DNA of 64,000 nucleotides from an uncultured Prolixibacteraceae bacterium. Lineage in GTDB: Bacteria; Bacteroidota; Bacteroidia; Bacteroidales; Prolixibacteraceae. The notes beneath the pieces were generated by a model that was not told the origin of the DNA, did no database searches, and was given only the letters and a program-made list of their open reading frames with translations. The translations under genes and the position numbers were made by a program. This document shows positions 59,435 to 64,000 of this stretch, piece by piece (the stretch's first letter is position 1; the number at the start of each line of letters is the position of its first letter). The DNA is taken from the NCBI GenBank assembly GCA_964487645.1, contig CAZARW010000002.1, positions 30,042 to 94,041 on the forward strand, written 5' to 3'.

Positions 59435-61909
59435 TTATTCTTGAAAATATACACGTTTTACACGTTGCGAAACCGATGTAAATATTTCGTAAGGAATTGT
59501 TCCAAGAGCTATAGCCATTTCAGTAGCCGGATAATCTTCTCCAAAAACAATTACCCTGTCACCCTCCGAAACATCAATTCCGGTAATATCAATCATGCAC
59601 ATATCCATGCATACATTACCAATTACCGGAGCAAGTTTTCCGTTTATCCATACTTTACCTACTCCATTACTCAATCGGCGGTTAAATCCATCGGCATATC
59701 CAATGGGGAGTGTCGCTATTTTTATATCGCTTTTTGCTTTCCCTTTTCGGCCATAGCCAATTGTTTCGCCTTTTGGAATATTTCGGATTTGCGAAATTGT
59801 GGTTTTTAAAGTGCTAACATTGCTTACCTTACTTTCTGCTACACTGCTCACTCCGTATAGACCAATTCCCAAACGTACCATATCAAACTGGCTGTTTGGA
59901 AAACGTTCGATACCGGCCGAGTTTAGTACATGTCGGAGTACATGATGATCGGTATTGTTCTGAATTACAGTAGCCAATTTATCAAAACGGTGAATTTGTA
60001 TTTGAGTAAATGTATCTTCTTCGGGGGTGTCGCTTGCTGCAAGATGAGTAAATACCGAGCTTATATGTAAAACATTCCCGCGTTTTACTTTTTCAAGCAA
60101 GTATTTTATCTCGTCTTCGGTTTCGAAGCCCAGACGTTTCATCCCGGTATCAATTTTTACATGAATAGGAAAATTGCAAACAGCATTTCGTTGCGCCGAG
60201 AGCAAAAATTGATCGAGCAGGCGTTTCGAATAAATGTTTGGTTCAAGCATGTGTTCAAACAACATTTCAAAGCTATGTTCCTCGGGATTCATAACAACAA
60301 TTGGAATTGAGATGCCGGCTTTGCGTAGAGCAACTCCTTCGTCGGCAATAGCAACTGCCAAATAATCGACCTGATGAAACTCCAGCAGGCGCGAAACTTC
60401 GGCCATGCCGCTGCCGTATGAAAATGCTTTAACCATGGCCATGATTTTAGTCTCGGGTTTTAACAACGATTTGAAATAATTTAAATTTCGAATCATTGCC
60501 GATAAGTCAATTTCGAGTACTGTTTCGTGTGCCTTATCCTGCAAAAGTGAGGCTATTTGGTCGAAATGAAAATCGCGGGCACCTTTGAGTAGAATGATTT
60601 CGTTTTGCAGCCCCAGGCCGGGAAGTTTTGATAAGAAATCGGCTGTTGATGAAAAAAAACTGGCATTGCCTGAAAATTTGTGGCTGTTTTTTTTCAGGTT
60701 TGGGCCAATCCCGATAAAGCGTTCAATACTCCGGAGTTTTACAAGTTGCGAAACCTCGTCGTATAGTTCATTATCGCTTTTCGACGAATAGTATATATCA
60801 GATAAAATAAGTGTTTTGGGCATAAAATCCTGACTGGCTTGTTGATCCAGTGTGTCGAGAGCAATCGATAGCGAGTTGAGATCAGAATTGTACGAGTCGT
60901 TAATAAGTACGCAGTTATTTATTCCTTGCCGCATTTCCATGCGCATAGCAATAGGTTGCAGAGTACTAAAACGTTCGAGTATCTGATCCTGATCTTTTCC
61001 TATGGCAATGAGTGCTGCCAGGCAGGTGATGGCATTTTCGACACTTGCATCGTCCGAAAACGGGATTGAAATTGCATATTGTTTATCCTGTACTTGTCCA
61101 ATTATACCACATCCCTCGGGGATTTTTTGTACAAAGTAGATAAATAAATCGGCTGTTTCGTCCATCATCGACCAGCTAACGGCAAAAACGCCGTCGTTTT
61201 CGACCATTTTTTGCACCGCTGCATCAATTGCAGGGTAATCTTTTCGGTAAATAATTACTTCCGAATCTTTAAAAAGTTTAAGTTTCTCATCTACTTTTTG
61301 TTCCAGCGATTCGAAATTCGATTGGTGTGCTTCGCCAATATTGGTAATAATTCCGTAGCGGGGTTGAATAATTGGCTGCAACTTTTCCATTTCGCCGGGT
61401 TGCGATATTCCGGCTTCGATAAATGCCATGTCGGCTTCGTTGTCGAGCAGCCACACCGAGAGTGGTACTCCAACTTGTGAGTTATAGCTTTTAGGGCTTC
61501 TGATGATTTTGTAATCGTCAACCAGTAATTCGCTGAGCCATTCTTTAACAATTGTTTTACCATTGCTTCCGGTTATTCCAATTACATTACCCTGAAACTT
61601 TTCGCGTATCGATTTCGAGAGTAATTGAAGAGCTTCGAGTGTGTTGTCGACACACAAAAAGGTAGCATCGGTATAGGCCGATAAGTTTTTTTTCTCGTTT
61701 GATATAACAAAACTACGCACTCCTTTATCGTATGCTTTTCGTAAAAAATTGTGTCCGTCGTTACGGGGTGTTACTAAAGCAAAAAATAAAGTTTCGAGCC
61801 CCGATACTATCGTTCTTGAGTCGGTTGAGATGTATCGGATTGGTAATTTTTGTCCTTGATGGATTACCCTGGCATTTATAACTGTAGCGATGGAAAGGTT
61901 TGTAGTCAT
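59435..61909 (-). CDS. alr: Bifunctional MurF-like ligase / alanine racemase fusion
   Basis: ATG 61909. STDSR, NDGH, GITGSNGKT, SYNSQVGVP, INDSYN, LLKGAR. Then MAMVKAFSYGSG, HVKIDTGMKRLG, VRLGIGLYG, IGYADG, CMDM, TIPYEI. Confidence 0.95.
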   Translation of the reverse strand: MTTNLSIATVINARVIHQGQKLPIRYISTDSRTIVSGLETLFFALVTPRNDGHNFLRKAYDKGVRSFVISNEKKNLSAYTDATFLCVDNTLEALQLLSKSIREKFQGNVIGITGSNGKTIVKEWLSELLVDDYKIIRSPKSYNSQVGVPLSVWLLDNEADMAFIEAGISQPGEMEKLQPIIQPRYGIITNIGEAHQSNFESLEQKVDEKLKLFKDSEVIIYRKDYPAIDAAVQKMVENDGVFAVSWSMMDETADLFIYFVQKIPEGCGIIGQVQDKQYAISIPFSDDASVENAITCLAALIAIGKDQDQILERFSTLQPIAMRMEMRQGINNCVLINDSYNSDLNSLSIALDTLDQQASQDFMPKTLILSDIYYSSKSDNELYDEVSQLVKLRSIERFIGIGPNLKKNSHKFSGNASFFSSTADFLSKLPGLGLQNEIILLKGARDFHFDQIASLLQDKAHETVLEIDLSAMIRNLNYFKSLLKPETKIMAMVKAFSYGSGMAEVSRLLEFHQVDYLAVAIADEGVALRKAGISIPIVVMNPEEHSFEMLFEHMLEPNIYSKRLLDQFLLSAQRNAVCNFPIHVKIDTGMKRLGFETEDEIKYLLEKVKRGNVLHISSVFTHLAASDTPEEDTFTQIQIHRFDKLATVIQNNTDHHVLRHVLNSAGIERFPNSQFDMVRLGIGLYGVSSVAESKVSNVSTLKTTISQIRNIPKGETIGYGRKGKAKSDIKIATLPIGYADGFNRRLSNGVGKVWINGKLAPVIGNVCMDMCMIDITGIDVSEGDRVIVFGEDYPATEMAIALGTIPYEIFTSVSQRVKRVYFQE

Positions 61910-61910
61910 G

Positions 61911-62495
61911 TTATTTTTTCTTTTTTGATAATTCGGTAAAACACTCTCGGCAAAGAGGCTCGTACTCATTTTTCTCCCCTAAAAGTACCAATTTTTCCTG
62001 ATCTGACAATCGATGAGAAAAATTTGCCAATCCTCCGCAGCGCATACAAATTGCATGTACCTTTGTCACATATTCGGCAATAGCCATCAGTTGCGGCATT
62101 GGGCCAAATGGTTTTCCCTGAAAATCCATGTCGAGGCCGGCAACAATTACACGTATACCCATGTTGGCCAGCTGATTGCAAACATCAACTATGCCTGAGT
62201 CGAAAAATTGTGCTTCGTCAATACCTATTACATCAACATTGCCTGTAAGCAAAATAATGTTCGAGGCGGTATTTACAGGGCTTGAGCGAATAGCATTTTC
62301 GTTATGCGAAACAACATCTTCATCCGAATAGCGAATGTCAATTGCAGGCTTAAAAATCTCAACACGTTGCTTTGCTATTTTTGCACGGTTCAGCCGACGA
62401 ATCAGTTCTTCGGTTTTTCCCGAAAACATCGAGCCGCAAATAACTTCAATCCATCCTTTTTGTGGTTTATTACTTAAATCTTTTTCGAGAAACAT
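61911..62495 (-). CDS. tdk: Thymidine kinase
   Basis: [29 protein letters not shown]…YEPLCREC zinc site. Confidence 0.97.
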   Translation of the reverse strand: MFLEKDLSNKPQKGWIEVICGSMFSGKTEELIRRLNRAKIAKQRVEIFKPAIDIRYSDEDVVSHNENAIRSSPVNTASNIILLTGNVDVIGIDEAQFFDSGIVDVCNQLANMGIRVIVAGLDMDFQGKPFGPMPQLMAIAEYVTKVHAICMRCGGLANFSHRLSDQEKLVLLGEKNEYEPLCRECFTELSKKKK

Positions 62496-62641
62496 CGGTG
62501 CAATTGTACAAAAAAAGTAAATTTACAGTTTCAAAAGTATAATATTTAGTTCGAATTCTTTCAATTCGAGCCCTGAATATAATACTTTTGCGCTAACAAA
62601 GCGATACCAAAATATAAATTTGAGCGTTAACTGTTGATATT

Positions 62642-63550
62642 ATGGATAATAAAATCATAATCGGACTGATAAAAAAGGATATTGAAGAGTTGCTTCTTTT
62701 AGTTGAAGCTATTGACGAAAGCAATAACCAATCGAATGTTTTGGTTGATATTTGTCAATCGAAAATTCAATCGTTAATGCACGAAATTTCGTTACTTAAA
62801 CGGGTTGATAATGTTGATAAAGAAACAAAGAACCCCGAAATTGTGCCTGAAACTCATTCTGAGAGTGTAATTGAAACCGAAAAAGTTGAAAGAGAGAGCG
62901 ATTCGTTCAATTCTGAAACCTTGGATTCAGAAGACAAAAAACAGAGTAAAGAGGAGTACCATGCAGATGATGAATTTGTGATGCCGGATAATGCTCCTGT
63001 TGCAAACGAGAAACCTGTTTCGGATATTGAAAACGCTGAGCAACCGGCCATTGAAAACTCACAAGCAAGTAATGTTGTAGCGAAAGACAGGCAATCTAAC
63101 ACCGACGATAAATCAGATATTGTTGTCAATAATCATTCACAATCCGAAGCTGAGAAATCCGAAGCTAAAGTTTTAGATAATGTTGATAAAGCTTTGGCCG
63201 ATAAAGTAAAATCAAAAAAACAAAACGAGAATAACAAGGTTTTAGGTGAATCGTTTTCGCATGAGCCATCGTTGAACGAAAAATTTGCCTCACTGGCTCA
63301 GAAACAATCACGCATTAAGGCAAAACCTATTCAGAATTTGAAAAAAGCTATAGGAATAAACGATCGGTTTTTATTTACGCGCGAGTTGTTCGAAAACAAT
63401 ATGAGTCGATTCGAAACAACAATCGACGAGATTGATAACTCGGGAAATCTTGTAGAAGCTATTTCGTATCTCGAAGAAAATTTTGAGTGGGAAAAAAACG
63501 AAACAAGCCTGAAATTTATCGATTTGGTTAAACGCCGTTTCGATAACTAA
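62642..63550 (+). CDS. Conserved hypothetical protein: helical N-terminus, acidic low-complexity linker, conserved C-terminal domain
   Basis: E/S/D/K-rich middle region; C-terminal SLNEK…LKKAIGINDRFLFTRELF…F.DLVKRRF. Confidence 0.75.
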   Translation: MDNKIIIGLIKKDIEELLLLVEAIDESNNQSNVLVDICQSKIQSLMHEISLLKRVDNVDKETKNPEIVPETHSESVIETEKVERESDSFNSETLDSEDKKQSKEEYHADDEFVMPDNAPVANEKPVSDIENAEQPAIENSQASNVVAKDRQSNTDDKSDIVVNNHSQSEAEKSEAKVLDNVDKALADKVKSKKQNENNKVLGESFSHEPSLNEKFASLAQKQSRIKAKPIQNLKKAIGINDRFLFTRELFENNMSRFETTIDEIDNSGNLVEAISYLEENFEWEKNETSLKFIDLVKRRFDN

Positions 63551-63563
63551 AAAAGATGTTTTT

Positions 63564-64000
63564 ATGTCGAAACTTTATTTAGTACCCACACCAGTAGGAA
63601 ATTTGGGCGATATGACTTTTCGTGCTGTTGAAATACTTAAAGGTGTTGATACTATTTTAGCTGAAGATACCCGCAACTCATCAAAATTGTTGCATCATTT
63701 CGAAATCAACACAAAAATGCAATCGCACCATGCTTTTAACGAGCACAAAACATCGGAGCATATTGCACACCGCATACTTGGGGGCGAAACCATTGCTTTG
63801 ATTACTGATGCCGGGACACCGGGAATTTCGGATCCGGGATTTTTGCTGGTGCGAACCTGTATTGAACTGGGAGTTGATGTTGAAACACTGCCTGGTGCAA
63901 CTGCTTTTGTGCCGGCCCTGGTTAACTCGGGTTTGCCATGCGATAAGTTTTGTTTTGAGGGATTTTTACCTCAAAAAAAAGGAAGGCAAAAACGATTAAA
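63564..64000 (+). CDS. rsmI: 16S rRNA (cytidine1402-2'-O)-methyltransferase, 3' end outside the window
   Basis: Absent from the ORF track because it has no stop codon in the window. Manual translation gives MSKLYLVPTPVGNLGDMTFRAVEILKGVDTILAEDTR…ITDAGTPGISDPG…LPGATAFVPALVNSG…FEGFLPQKKGRQ. Confidence 0.96.
   Translation, partial: MSKLYLVPTPVGNLGDMTFRAVEILKGVDTILAEDTRNSSKLLHHFEINTKMQSHHAFNEHKTSEHIAHRILGGETIALITDAGTPGISDPGFLLVRTCIELGVDVETLPGATAFVPALVNSGLPCDKFCFEGFLPQKKGRQKRL

Noticed and set aside
59435-61909. MurF-Alr fusion as a novelty
   Set aside because: This is a well-known, common Bacteroidota fusion.
63808-63999. 63-aa ORF in the track
   Set aside because: It is an out-of-frame shadow of rsmI, which starts at 63564 and runs off the window.

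Overview
AT-rich, densely coding chromosomal segment from a member of the Bacteroidota, probably Bacteroidales/Marinilabiliales-like. This placement is inferred from porZ, gldB, a murF-alr fusion, TAnnTTTG promoter boxes and an ECF/FecR pair. Most of the window is core genome: dtd, nadA, pepE, rbfA, rnpA, queG, deoC, lplA, rdgB, porZ, recO, recR, skp, apbE, meaB, pfkA, gldB, nadE, ftcD, murF-alr, tdk, and a partial rsmI that is missing from the ORF track. It also has two TonB-dependent receptor/lipoprotein pairs and two orphan sensor kinases. I saw no rRNA, tRNA, CRISPR array, transposase or prophage. The most unusual locus is a five-gene minus-strand unit (32093-24694): an ECF sigma and FecR anti-sigma followed by three secreted proteins rather than a TonB-dependent transducer. 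These carry the transducer's N-terminal modules without a barrel: STN + twin aspartyl protease + PDZ; STN + carboxypeptidase-regulatory-like; and macroglobulin-like + plug. Other candidates are an ATP-cone/Mrr-like nuclease, a probable unannotated ~90-nt sRNA between pfkB and deoC, a GT2 fused to a degenerate phosphoglycosyl-transferase domain, and an FtcD ending at the cyclodeaminase linker. All calls come from reading motifs by eye; no database searches were run.
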